From: Camelus dromedarius
Lineage: Eukaryota
Assembly: GCF_036321535.1 (NCBI RefSeq)
Contig: NC_087437.1
Coordinates: forward strand, 35,342,001-35,406,000
DNA length: 64,000 bases
Reading direction: 5' to 3'
Part shown: piece after piece, positions 36,801 to 49,420 of the stretch
Position numbering within the stretch: the stretch's first letter is position 1
Layout of the letters: every line of letters starts with the position of its first letter
Notes under the pieces: generated by a model
What the model was told of the DNA's origin: nothing
The model's input: only the letters and a program-made list of their open reading frames with translations
The model's database searches: none
Made by a program: the position numbers and the translations under genes

Positions 36801-39400
36801 AGGAGAGGCTCTATACATGTTTGCGTCTGTCAAATGTGTTCACTTTTGCCGTTTTAAGAAGTTGTATTATAAGGGCTGTAGGAAGTTGTGAGATGCGTAT
36901 TCATGAGCTTGGCTCCTCTGCTGCAAGATGCTGGTGTGTGACAGACAGTTCACATCATCCACCTCCTAGTTTCCTCTGTAAAACAGAAGCTACTGTGGTT
37001 GAAAGTTATAATTAACATACATGAATGAGACTCTACTAGTGGCAATAGTGACAAAGAGGAACAACTTTGTACGCAAGACATGCAGGATGTGTTTTTGTTA
37101 AGGAAAAGAGAGAGTAGTTCTGTCTTAAAGTAGCATAACTGGTTGTTTCAGAATGAGAAATGAAAAGTGTGGGACAATACTGAATGGGTATAAGAAGTTG
37201 TAAAACTTTCCTAGAAAGGGAGCTTTATATGTTGAGATCAAAGCTGGCTAATGTTTTATGGATTTATTTATAAGATTTTCAAAAATAGTTTTAGTATCAA
37301 ATTATACTAATGCAAAACTAGAATTTGATTTTCTCTCTGTCAAAATGACAAAATTTTCTTGGATTATTGATCTGCTCTTAATAATAGGTTGTAAATGGTT
37401 ATTCTTCACCTTCTGTATAGTTTATCTAGATTACAAAGATTCTGCATCTTACCAGAATAATCTTCTGTAGTTTATGTTGACTTAGTTACTTCCTTGCTTA
37501 TTTAAGAAAACAAAGACTTCTCACATTAAAATTCTCTATAATCATGTTACGTTTTATGTTTATTTTTAAATTTTTTTTACTACTTTGAAATGAGTTGCAA
37601 AGTATTGTCTTTCAGGTACTTGAAATGATCTAATTCCCATCTGAAGTATTCAAATCTCATGACAACTTTTGGTTTTTTTCTTTCCAAAACTGAGTCCTAT
37701 CTTTTTCACCTGAAACAGTTTCTGGTATGTCTAAGAAGGGCCCCAGAAAATCACGAAGCATTTATTCTTTCACCTTGTAAAAAGAATGGTGTTAGAAATA
37801 GTTAATTTGGGAAAATATGTTACTATTTGAAGAGCTGCATGGAAAGCATTGTCAAATTTGAAGAGATACTTAACTGTCACTAGGTTATATTTGTTTGGGT
37901 TAAGTGTTATTGAAACAAACATTTCAGAAATTATGTGCTTGATGGGAAGGTCCTAGAGATTTGTTAATGCCCTTAGTGTCCATAAGATGTTTCTGTTTGT
38001 CAGGGTCCTGGTGCTGCTTTGTCTGATATTCGGTAACAGTATAAGGTTATCATATTTTCATAACATAATTTCAGTTACTTAAAAGATTATTTCACATCAT
38101 AATTTCAGTTATTTTTTAAAACACTAACTTGGTCTAAATTTACTTTCTAGTTGAATTGAGCATCTCCAATGCCAGTAGTTTTCAATGGGAGATTTAGATC
38201 ACTTGCTTAAGGAGTCTTATTAATGTGTAGATGTTTAGGAACTACTCCAGACTTAGACAATCTCTTTATTTGAAATTCCTGGTAGTTTCTTAATAAATTC
38301 TAACTACATGATTAATATAGTCATAGTAAATTATGTCTCAGGATTAATATATGTTACATCTAAAGATTTTTCCTTTGTAAAGATTATGTTTACCTATTTT
38401 TATTAATTATGTACAATATCTACTCTTCTTTGGAAATGGGATAATGATTATATTTATACATAATGTTGTCTAAAACTTTTTAGATTGAGTTTTATCTTGT
38501 TTTACATGCCATAGAAACAACCAAATTTCTTTGTCAATTGCATTATTCTTATAATGAATGTTCATCAGATCTTTCTCTTTTGAAAATTATCAGAAATATA
38601 TCAGCCACAGATATTTTAAATTGTCATCTAGAGATAGTTTTTTGTTTGTTTGTTTTATTTAATACTTTCCTGAAAGCACTTGCAATCAACTACAGTCCAG
38701 AGCACTTTGTTTTCAACAAAGGACCATTTTAGAGGCCCATGAAAAAGGACTATACACAGTACTTTTGGGCACAGGCTTCTGATGGCATCATTTAAATAAC
38801 TTTAAGACCAGTGGCTGAGTAAGGATTTCTAGAATTCTAGCTGAGAAGCTGATAGACTGCTGACCCAAGATCAAGCAGAATGAGAATTAATTACATAGGA
38901 CTAATTGAACTGATCAAGGATAATTGTGGGTTTTGTTTGGATTATTGTTGAGATTTTAATGTTCTATTTTCTGGATATATAAAGAGTCCCATTCCCTTTT
39001 CTTCAAGTTATCCATAATGCCTAACTACTTAGTAGACTATGCTCTTATAAACAGAAATGAAACATTTGTCAAAGATATCTTTTTCTTTTTGAAGAATATT
39101 GACAAATATTCTTATTTTTATGCCAATATAATTATTTATGTAGATTCAGTAAGAATCTGTTCTTATCATGAGGACATAATTGAAATCATTGGTTATGCAA
39201 TCAAGTTCTTACCTGGAATATTATATCTGATAATGATGCTCATTTAATCAGATATGACCAGCTGCTTTTAAAGAACACAGTTTGACTTTATGGAGTCAAT
39301 TCTTACAAAGCCCTCTTGGGAAAAACTAACCCAGTACCTGCTTATGAGGCTTCCAACTTATAGATGTGTAAGAATTCAATTCCTGGTTGGCCAAGTGAGC

Positions 39401-39985
39401 TGTAAAGGGTAAATTTAGCATTTGGTTTGTCTCTACCCTGCACATTCTAAAGAAAGATTTGGTCCTTGCCCTGGCTCCTGGGCAGTAACCTCTAAGCTCT
39501 TGCAATATCCTGGCTGATCAGAGTGTCTTTGTTTATCTGCAGACCTACAGACACATCACATATTCTATGCTGACAGTGTGACTTATGGTAGGGATCTTGG
39601 GCCATGTGGCATCAGCTTGACCTCTGAAGGGGCTGGAGACTAAGGCCATTTACACAGGCAGTCAACCCTGCCTCTGTGACTGACTCTCGATAAAGACCAC
39701 AGACACCAGGCTTGAGTAACCATCCTTGGTTGGCAATACTCCTATGTGTTGACACCTCTCATTTCTGGGAGAAGTAAGTGTTATAGACAGGACTCCATTG
39801 GGAGAGGACAACAGGAAGCTTCCACCTAGTGTTTCCTGGACTCTGCCCTATGTACTTCTTCCCGTTGCTGCTTTTAGTCTGTGTCCTTTTATGCAATAAA
39901 CCACAATTGTGAGTTTAGTGGGTTTTCTGAATTCTGTGAATCCTTTTAGTAAACCAGAGAGTGTTCTTGGAGACCTCAAACACCA
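39401..39985 (+). mobile_element. ERVL solo LTR (MER77/MER21/MER68 family) nested in the provirus
   Basis: ctcctgggcagtaacctctaagc...cagcttgacctctgaaggggctggagact...ggttggcaatactcc...gactccattgggagaggacaac...gcaataaaccacaattgtgagt. Confidence 0.8.
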
Positions 39986-40739
39986 CCCAGGAAATTTTGG
40001 GTCTTTTGGCAACCTCCAGAAGAGAATTCTCTCAAATTTATAAGAACTACTAGTGAGAGCTGGTGGAAAGTTCTTGGCTTGGCTTCCTGGTCAAGAGGCT
40101 CTTAAAAATCCAAAACTGAAATTCTAAATGAAAATGTCCAGCAAAACAAGTGTAGGAAGGCCTGTAAGATAAAATACCATTTTTTCTTTACCTATGTAAA
40201 TAATAAGATTAAATATGATAAGGCCATTCTTATTTTGTGATTAAGAATAATCTTTCTTGGAGATTATTTTAGATACTAAGAATGGTCACTGTAGAGAGAA
40301 ATTTTGTGTTTCAGTGGAAAACTATGCGTCCTCAGTAGCACACACTTTCGTTCATTGTCTTTGAGCTATTTTGCCCCTCTTTCAAATTGTGGCCAAACAA
40401 TGGGCATGCAAACTCTGTCTAGCGTATAGAGATTTAATTGATTTTGTCTCCATCCCTAGAAAAACCAGTTTTGGCACCTAGTTATAAATTGGACTGAATC
40501 TTGTTACCTTGCTCAAATTGTCAATCATTATCAAATTTTCAGTTCTTTCATTCCCTTCAAATCTGGCTATAATTCATCAAAATTTTCCATTTTTTTCCCT
40601 CCTACCTGGCTCAGCATCGTTGTGAACAAAAGTATAACTGTCTAAATCCCTCCTGGGACTCTGGGTTGCCTGGCAGCTGGCCCTTGTCCCCAGGGTCTGA
40701 AGAAACTCTGGAGCTGAAACCTGATAACGTGATAAAATC

Positions 40740-41110
40740 CTCAACGCCTCAGCAGAACATCCGTAGGCTTGAATTCTCCCTTGACAGGCCACTGCCCTGG
40801 CCACTTTGGAAGTTGGGTGAAATGCTCTGGTCACGCATGCCCTTTATATGAGAGGCAACCAAGACTGCGTGTCACTAACAGCATCACAATCCTAGCTCTA
40901 GAGTTTCACATAACTTAGTGAGAGATTTTCCTCCACCAACTTCTTAGAATCTAATGGACTGGTTACTCAGTTCAGGGTTCAACTCCTGGATCTTTATTCT
41001 TAAATACAATATTTTACACTAATATATCTCTTTTTCATTTTAGGCATCCCTCTTTTAAGATGCCTAATTTCTAGAACTCTAAAACAATTGCCTTTTGCCA
41101 TCACCTCTTA
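40740..41110 (+). pseudogene. Decayed retroviral env transmembrane-subunit remnant
   Basis: Hand translation across frameshifts: QQ..LDR/TALATLEVG*NAL (ISD-like), NLMDWLLSSGFNSWIFIL (membrane-proximal) and GIPLLRCLISRTLKQL (tail-like), in the expected order just upstream of the PPT. Confidence 0.45.
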
Positions 41111-43569
41111 ACCAAAGAGATTTTCTCTTTTAAGGGAAAAATGCCAATAAAAGTCCTTCAGGGACTATTCCTTAGACCCTGTTTGATTCCACTCAGAAGG
41201 ATTATGATTTCCTCTGGGTTGTTAAGCAGCAAATAATGTTCATCTTGATGAAAGAGAGGGACTGACAAACATAAAATTTACCTGAGTCCCATGCTCCTGG
41301 GAAGCAGTGATGGCTAAGAAATCTCCATTATTTTGTGTTCCTGAAATGTCTAATGCAATGGACCACCTTGCCCTTGCATATTATAAAATAAAATCCACTT
41401 CCGTCTTTCCTCAGGTAAAGGGATCTTAGTTAACCTTTTCTAGAGCTCAGGGATGACCTCAGCTGACATTGGGTTACATAGTTCATGTAATGATGCCAGT
41501 TTGTGTTTGGTCACTCTGTACATTTTCAGAGAAACTTAGATCTATAGCATAAAGACCACTCTCCTGCTAGGAAAAAGAATAGCTGGCTTGCAGCTTTGTT
41601 CTCAGGAGGTAAAATGAATAACCACAACAAAAGGTGGTGACTCCTTTCAAGGCTGTATCATAATAGGTAAAATCAGTCAATAAGAGAACTGAAATCTCCA
41701 AGCAATCAGCTTGATGCAGTATATCACATAAATTTATATTTCATTAGCTATAGGATATAAAAGTAGTTTTAACAGTTGCAGCCTTTATAGAGTTCTTAAA
41801 AGCAGGGTGATTAACAGTTTGCAATTTTTGAACAAAATCAAGCGTTGACTTCAGTCTTCCTGTTGCCTTAAAAACAAGATGAGGAGTTGGTTTTCATAAT
41901 GTGGAACCACAAGCAACATTAATATTTAAACATTTCTCTGCACATGCAAAATGATCTTGTCTCTAAAAGTAAGGTATCATCTTGGCGTTTTATATATGTG
42001 TGGCTGTCTAAATGCAGATTTTTTTTTTTTTTGCACAATTAGACTCTATCCCATTCAATTACATGGCCAAGCAGCAGATACTATACTCATCTCCAGGATA
42101 AATTCCTACCGGAGAGCGTGAGACTGAATTAGCAGTACAGCTTGAGCATTCCCAGCACAGATTATACATTCAAATGTACAGCACACTTTTCCACATGAGA
42201 TGACTGAATTGCAGATGCATTACAATAAAGCTGCTTCCTATTGTGTCCCCACTGCTTTTGTCAACCTGGGACATTCCTGGCAACCTGTACATGGGTATTA
42301 ACCTTGGTTTAAAACAGTTCCTGCTGTCTAGATTCCTAAGAGTTCAGAAAGAGTTATGTGCACAGATTTGGTTAACAGAAGCAAGAGCTTTGGCACATAA
42401 ATCCTCCATCAGAATTTTGACATTATTGCTCTGGTGAATTCATCCACAGACCAACCACTTTCAAATGTAATAGAAAGTGATGGCAACTATTGTCACACTT
42501 TTCACCAAGAGAGGACTGCATTGTAACATGCTGCAAGGAGAGAGAAATACACTAGACACGCTTAAATGATTTTAGTGGCCTAATGAGATGGAGAAGGGAG
42601 TGTATTTAATTGTGCACTGAGCAGCCACATCAGTACTCTTCATATGTACACATGAGACGGAGTGTGTGTGTATGTTTGTGTGTACGCACACATTGGTGCA
42701 TAAAGGTTAGTCAAGCTGTATCTGAGATAATAGATCACTTTTTAAAAAACGTATGTCTGATACAAAAAATAGGGTCTGAAACAAAGATTTTATTTATACA
42801 TTTTATTTATACATTTTAATACTTAAAAGGAGAAATGCTTTGATTAAAAAAAATCTTCATTTACTTGAAGTCATGCATATAGAACTGAAAGAATGCAGAT
42901 TTACCCTTTTTGTTCCCAGTCTCCAAGTCCCATTGTACAAACTCAGCAGTTACAACAGTAGTGTTATTCTCTGTATATTTTCAATAGCTCATCTATATTG
43001 CAGGTTAGGCAGAAATAAAAGAACAAAGGGAAAAGATAACTATGAAGCCTTTTGCTTCCTTGTGATCATTTGGCAAAGTCATATGGATTGATACTGACCA
43101 AGCAAATTGAGGATTATGGCACTTGGTATAGTTCTCTATCACTTCCATTTTCTTTCAACCCTCATCTCAAAACTTCTGTTATCCCAAAGACACTACATTT
43201 TTGTGTTAACACCAGTTTCTAGATTCACTACAAATATTCTAGAGATGCAAACAGCTGTACAGTGTTTGATATCTCCATCGTTGAATTTATGGTGTATAAG
43301 TTCATCTGGATTTCCAAAATTTGGTCATGAAGAATTGCCCTCTGTAGTTATTCCAGATTTTCACAAACTCTCAAGTCTCTTCTTAACCCCCAGCTTCCTG
43401 TTACTTAGGAGATGTTCATCTAATTCAGAGGAAATGGTGGCCAGTTGGGTGCCCTGTCTCAACTCTCTGCAGCCACATTCTTATCTCCTTTCCTACAGAG
43501 TCAGCTGGAGAGATGTTTTCCTACTCAAAGCTAATATTTTATCTCTCTCATATTTGTAATAAGGCAAAC

Positions 43570-44130
43570 ATACTATCTTCAAATAATAACGATTTTATCT
43601 TCTTTTCAGTGTTTATGCCTCATATTTCTCCTGTCTTGTTTTGCAATGACCATAATCTCTAGGATAATGTTAAATAATAATGTTTCTGAATTGAATGCGG
43701 CCTCTTAATATTTCACCACTAAATATGATGTCTTCCTTAAGCTAATATTCTTCTACTTTATTTATGCTTATTTGATTTTTCTTTAATCTGTCTTCTCTAA
43801 TTGAATTCTGCTATGTACATTTTTTTTATCTTACTTTTTATTAAATTCATTTTGGTCCACCTATTTTCTTCTGGGTGTTATTTGAGCTACATCTCATAGG
43901 TTTTGATATGTAGTGCTTTCATTGTCATTTGTTTTTTAAAAAGTTTATTTGATTTAGAATGAGGTTTATAATTTACTAGAGGGTAGATGTGTGTTTGTGT
44001 GTGTGTGTGTGTGTAGGAATGGGAGTCTTATATTTTGGTTAGAATATATTCCTGCATAATTTTTAGGTTTCAGAGTTTTAAATTTTACTTGTTGTGTGTG
44101 TTTCATAGATATTTTAAGAGCTTATTATTG
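43570..44130 (-). mobile_element. Fragmented ancient L1M with (TG)n at ~43988-44013
   Basis: ctctaggataatgttaaataataa...atttcaccactaaatatgatg...gctacatctcataggttttgatatgtagtgctttcattgtcattt. Confidence 0.6.
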
Positions 44131-44816
44131 TTTAAGATCTATTGCTTAACTGACTCCTTTGCTGAGTTCATAGTAATGCCCAAATCTCTTTGCTCTTAAA
44201 ACTCTTTTAGGACTTTGGGATCCTATTCTAGATAGGCAATCCCTCCTCTTTTAACTTGCCAAGGCTCTTGAAAGAGTGAACATTTGCTGGGTCTGCTTCT
44301 GTATTTTCCATTCAACAGTTTGGTGTCAATTTGTAGCCACATTTTGGAGAGTAAAGCTTTACAATCGATTGTCCATTCTATGAATATATCCTTTTATATG
44401 AATCTCATTTTAGAGAGAGATATTTGATTTTCATAAGGCTTAAAACAACACTGAAGTGAAAGGAAATGGAGAAAAGATGGTTGATATATTTTGGTTGGAT
44501 AACTAAAGGAGTCAAATGTTAAAACTTATCTATAGTCCTAGATTTAACCTAAGTTACTGTAAAATCCTTGCTGCATGGTTTCAGATCTTCGTGAAATGAA
44601 GTGAAGTAGCGTTCTGACTTCACACTGCCACACATTTCCCTGCTCTATGTACGTTTCACTTATGTTTATTGGAAGCGGAGGGCAGAGGCAAAGTTGAAGC
44701 TTTGGGTCAATCTGACAGACCTCAGCTGTGCTTTGTCCTTTAGCATGGAGTTTTTCTCTGTTCAGAGTACCTTTGTTCCCTCAGCTTCCCTGATGGTTCC
44801 CTTTGCATTGTCGCTG

Positions 44817-45236
44817 TGAGATAGGAGGGAAGGGGGCAGGGCACAATCATTGAGGGAATGACACAGCAATTGAGGACAGGACAAACTGGTTAGAACCAAG
44901 ATGGTGGAAGATTAGACTTCCCGTAGACCTAGAGCCTATGGTGCACCCACAGGCGCCATGACAGTTCCTGGGCTGACCACAAAAGGTCAAAAAGTGGAGG
45001 GGGGACCAATTCCTGGAAGTCCTCACCCCTTTCCCAGCATAGTTGGAATAATCCTCCCCCTTATTAGCATACGAAATTACCGAGCCCATAAAAACTAACC
45101 ACCCTGGAACTCGTGGTCACCCTCTTGCCTACTGAGACAGCCCACACTCTGTCTATAAAGTGTGTATCTCTCTAAATATACTTGCTTTCACTTAACTGTG
45201 CCACTGTGCTTTTCTCTTGAATTCTTTCCTGTGCAA
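44817..45236 (+). mobile_element. MER41-like artiodactyl ERV1 LTR, 3'-truncated
   Basis: tgagataggagggaagggggcagggcac...ccaagatggtgga...cccacaggcgccatgacagtt...aaaaggtcaaaaagtgg...gaattctttcctg; homologous to the reverse complement of 47787-48427. Confidence 0.8.
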
Positions 45237-46857
45237 GGAAAAACTTATTCTCCGGCAACAGCTGGAACATTCACTGGAAAACCACACTTTGCAGGTGCAC
45301 TTCTAAAGTCAAGTTTCTCTATGCCAGGACTGTTCTGGGTGGATGCCGAGCACAGGGAGGAACCAGAAGTAGGTATGTTAGACACTGCAGGGGCCAGCCT
45401 CCAGGTCGGGTTGATGCCTTGGGACTGAACAGAGGAGAACCAGGAGGACTCAGAACGGAGTTCAAAAGTCTGGGCACAAATTTAGGAAACAGAGTCACAC
45501 AGCTGAAATGACTGGAGAGAACAGGCAGAAGAATAGGCACCACCTTGGTTCCTCAGCAAATTTCTCATCTGGCCAGATGCTTTTCACATGCTTCCTGCTT
45601 AAGTAGAAAGAAGACGTGTACTGCCCCCTTCCCCAGTGGTGTGCAGGGTATAGAAGGAAGAGAGTGAGGGAGCAGAAGCTAAAGGCAGAGCTGGAATTTC
45701 ATTGTTTTCTGAGTTTGCTTTGAGAGCATTACCTCTCATTTCTTTCTTTTTTTCTAATGATCCTTGAAGCAGCAGAGGTCATTTTTACATAAATTTCTTT
45801 CCCCTTGAATACAGGAATATTGATGGAAATTTTGAAGATGTTAATATTAAGTGTTTCACATACCCAAACAGCATAAACAACACAGGAATTGGATTACCAT
45901 ACGGGAAATGACAAGTTTTTTTCTCCTGCTTACATTGAAGTCAACAGGATGCAGGAAAACCTATTGTTACTTGTTACTGCTATTTTGCACATTAAAAAGT
46001 AATGGAGATAAGCAAAGTTGGGGGGTCAAGCTGGGCTTCTATTCTTCACTCCTTTCCTGTTTCAGGGTTGCTGTGTTACTCTTTCAGGGTAGACTTGAAA
46101 AGTATCTGCTGACATTTGGGAAAAAATAAGATTCTTTGTTATACATCATATAAGCATGGTGCTTCTTATTTTTTTCCCCAGAGAGTGAGAAAACAGAAAT
46201 TTGCCAGGTTAATATGAGATTTCACAGCCTTTTTGATAGTTAACGTCTGTGTTTAGATCATAGCTCCTCGCTTCTTTTCTTTTTGGAGAAATAATCATAA
46301 GCCTTGAAGCTGGAACATGTTTCAAAAGGTGAGGCTGAATTCATGGCCTTGGAGATGAAGGCTGCAGAGAAGGATGCTAAAATATACACGTGGATGAGGA
46401 TGTTTTTGTTATAATTTTTGGTGACAAATGTAATTACTTGTAGGTTCCTCCTGCCCTTTTCCCATTTTCTTATCCCAACTTTTCTCAGCTCAAGATGTTT
46501 TCAAGTGGCCATTATACTTTTGAGCTCAGAGTAATTATAACAGGGCAATGTGGCAGTCATGATGTAAGTGGCTGTGGGAACAGAGACATTTTTCTTTAGC
46601 TTTGTGAGGCTGAGACTTGCCATATTTAAAGCACCTCTCAGAGACTGCTTCTTGTTCTGATTTTTCAAGATCTTTTTATGCTCTTTTTAAACTAAAATGT
46701 GTAACATTCAACAGCAAAACAAGAATTTATTGATTGTCTGCTATGTGCTTGGCATGGGTATTAGAGTTAAAATTATATGAAAGACAGTCATAGTTTCCTT
46801 TATCAGAGTTAAATTATCGGTATCTTGTAACGGAACCATCTGGGTTATTTTGTCTTA

Positions 46858-47620
46858 AAGGGCAGCCACTTGCTACATGTGGCTGTTGACTGAAGAAAAA
46901 TGCACAATGGAGAGCTGTGAGTTCAGTTTTATTTGGGGTTTACTGAGGACTGCAACCTGGGAAACAGCCTCTCAGATAGCCTTGAAGAGCTGCTCTGAGG
47001 TCAGTATACATATGATTTGGTAAAGGGGGTACGTGCAATGAAGCACACTTCTTGGTAGAAGGATGCTGCTAGTCACAAGAAGGATGCTGCCATTCGCTAG
47101 GAGCAGGTCTCTCTAGTAAAGATTTTTAGTGCTTTTCTAGGTATGAGAAGATGCAAGAAATTGGGTTCATAAAACTTTCTCCAGAAAATATCTAACTCTC
47201 TGAAGGCCTGTTCTGCCAGTTTTTTTCCCAGAGCACAGAGTGCCTCCTTCCTGATCTTCACCCTTTTGAAGGGAGGTTGAAGATCACGGACTGAATAACT
47301 AATGACTTAATCCTTGTAGAGCCTGATGGCAAGTGATGGTCTTCAGTTGGCAAGGCCATGAGCACTTGAAATGTGGCTAGTTGGAATTGAGATGTACTGC
47401 AAGCATAAGTTACTCACTGGATTTTGAGGAATTGGTATAAAAAATGTGAAGTATCTATTAATAATATTTATATTGATTACCTGTTCAAATAATAATGTTT
47501 TAGGTAGGGATTGGGTTAAATATACTAGCAAAGTTGATTTCTCCTCTTTCTTTTTACCTTCTTAAATGTTGCTACTAGAAAATTTAAGATTACATAGGGT
47601 ATTTCTGTTAAATAGCACCA
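46858..47620. mobile_element. MER33 hAT-Charlie MITE split by an LTR
   Basis: gcagccacttgctacatgtggc | tgagcacttgaaatgtggctagttggaattgagatgt...gctactagaaaatttaagattacata: the halves rejoin across the LTR. Confidence 0.8.
46884..47352 (-). mobile_element. Cetartiodactyl-type ERV1 solo LTR
   Basis: tgttgactgaag...cttcagttggca imperfect inverted termini; antisense AATAAA near 46927; cagcctctcagatagc motif; TSD tggc/aggc (3/4). Confidence 0.8.
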
Positions 47621-47786
47621 GTCTAGGGTGTTTGTTAAAAGAGCATGTTCTCATATTCTATTCTCAAGGTGTCAGAGTCTGGTCTAGAGTTAGGAACCAG
47701 GAATCTGCATTTTTTAAACAAATACCCCAGATGTGATCTAAGGACCAAACTTTGAAAAAGAAAACTAAAATGCAGGGTAGTCATAG

Positions 47787-48427
47787 TGATGCAGGAAAAA
47801 CAGATACGGGGCGTGAGGAGGGCTGTGTCCCAGGCTTCGGTTGAGCCCCTGGGACGTGCCCTGCCAAGTGTGGGTCCTTAGCTTCACGCAGGAAAGAATT
47901 CAAGAGTGAGCCACAGTTGAGTAAAGATAAATTTATTTAGAGAGATACATCAAAAGGCAAGAGAAAAGCCATGAGGTGTGGGGGTTGGGTGCTCAGATTA
48001 GAGTAACAGTAGGTACACACTCCACAGACAGAGTGCCGGCCATCTCCAAAGGGGGAGAAAGAGAGGGTGGTGAGAGAGCAGCCGCGAGGCACTGTGTTGC
48101 CAGTTTTTTGTGAGCTCGTTAGCTTAAGATGCTAATAAGTGGAAGGACTAGTCTAACTAGCCTGGGGAAGGGGCTGGGATTCCCAGGAAGTTGGCGATTT
48201 CCCACTCTTTGACCTTTTGTGGCTAGCCTTGGGACTGTCATGGCGCATGTGGGCCATGCTATTTACCATGCTAATATGGGCGTAAAATGAAGCTCAATAT
48301 CTGCTCGAAGTCAAATCTCCCACCATCTTGAGCCTCAAGGCCTACTGAGGTTCGAATCTTCCACCATTTTGATGTTAATTGCTGTGTCATTCCTTGAATG
48401 GCTGTGCTCTGCCCCCATCCTCTCTCA
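47787..48427 (-). mobile_element. Complete MER41-like ERV1 solo LTR
   Basis: TG...CA termini, 4-bp TSD atag (47783-47786, 48428-48431), caggaaagaattcaagagtgagcc and antisense AATAAA; CpGs well preserved, so relatively young. Confidence 0.88.
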
Positions 48428-48462
48428 ATAGAGCCACGCAATTGAATAGTAAGTAAGGAGAT

Positions 48463-48811
48463 TGCCTTAGTCCATTCCAGCTACTATACCAAAACACTAC
48501 CGCCTGGGTGGTTTATAAACCACAGCTATTTATTTCTCACAATTCTGAAGGCTGGATGTCTGAGATCAGGGTGCCAGAAGGGTTGGGTGAGGGTCCCTTT
48601 TCAGGTCTTAGGCTTCTCATTGTATCTTCGCATGGCAGAAGGAGCTAGGGAGATCCTGGAACCTTTTTATGAAGTGACTGATCCCATTCCCGGGGGCTCT
48701 GCCCTCCTGAGCTAATCACGCCCCTAAAGGCCCCACCTCTGAATACCATCACCTTGGGCATTAGGTGTTCAACATAGGAGTTTTCACGAGACACAAACAT
48801 TCAGATCAGCA
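48463..48811 (-). mobile_element. MLT1A-like MaLR solo LTR
   Basis: tgccttagtccatt...ctgggtggtttataaac...atttatttctcaca...aaggccccacctctgaataccatcaccttggg...gacacaaacattcaga; TSD gagat/gtgat. Confidence 0.85.
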
Positions 48812-48829
48812 GTGATTAAATAAACTATG

Positions 48830-49420
48830 ATAAAGGCTGCAACAGAAGAAAGTCTAGTGAAAGTATAGCACTCTACTGAGACATTGGACAAGGGGAGGCA
48901 AGTCAAGAGTCGGTTCTCCAGTGAAATAACCTGAATCCTAAATGCTGCAGAGGATGTAGATGAAGGTGAGGGTGTTTATTCCAAAGAGAGGGACCAGTGC
49001 AAAAGTCAGAGGGGAGGAGCTTGGACCCCAAGTTTATAATAAGATTGAGAGGAAGTATGGATGTTGAGAGGAATAATGATTCTAGAAAAATAAGTAGGAC
49101 CCAGTCATGAAGGACTTACAAACTATGTTAAAGGGTCTGGATTTTTTCTTAAGATAATGGGGCCAACGTAAAGAGATTTTAAAAAATCAAATGCCATTAT
49201 AAAATGGATGGTAGAGATGTCTGTAGGAGTGACATATCAGTCACAAGGTTATCATGGAATCCAGGTGTGAGGATATTCACTGAAATGAGTGGGGACAGGG
49301 GAGAGAGGGTCACATTAAAAGAATATGAGAAATATTGAGCAGCAAAATCAATAGGATTTGAGATTGCTACAATGTGGGAGGATACAGTAGAGGGCAGAGT
49401 TAAAGATTACAGCTAAGATA
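48830..49420 (-). mobile_element. L2 fragment
   Basis: ttattccaaagagagggaccagtgcaaaag...ggacccagtcatgaaggactt...atgttaaagggtctggattttttcttaag...atccaggtgtgagga. Confidence 0.6.

Larger units (their letters stand above)
35281..41385 (+). mobile_element. Degraded class I (ERV1, MER4-group-like) provirus: 5' LTR ~35281-35775, non-coding internal region, env remnant, PPT, truncated 3' LTR from 41263
   Basis: 5' LTR has TATA-like tataaaa, AATAAA and ends tttca, followed by PBS-like tggtgc at 35785; polypurine tract gaaagagaggga 41250-41261 then TG; both LTRs share cctgag..aagcag..agaaatc..ttttgtgttcc and an identical 16-mer cttgcccttgcatatt (35485-35500, 41367-41382). Confidence 0.75.

Noticed and set aside
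43107..43559. 150-aa ORF
   Set aside because: Non-ATG start, Leu/Ser-rich composition, overlaps L2-like decayed sequence, no recognisable domain
46160..46334. 147-nt exon candidate (ttttttccccag ... AAG|gtgagg)
   Set aside because: Stops in all three frames and internal pyrimidine tracts; no further support
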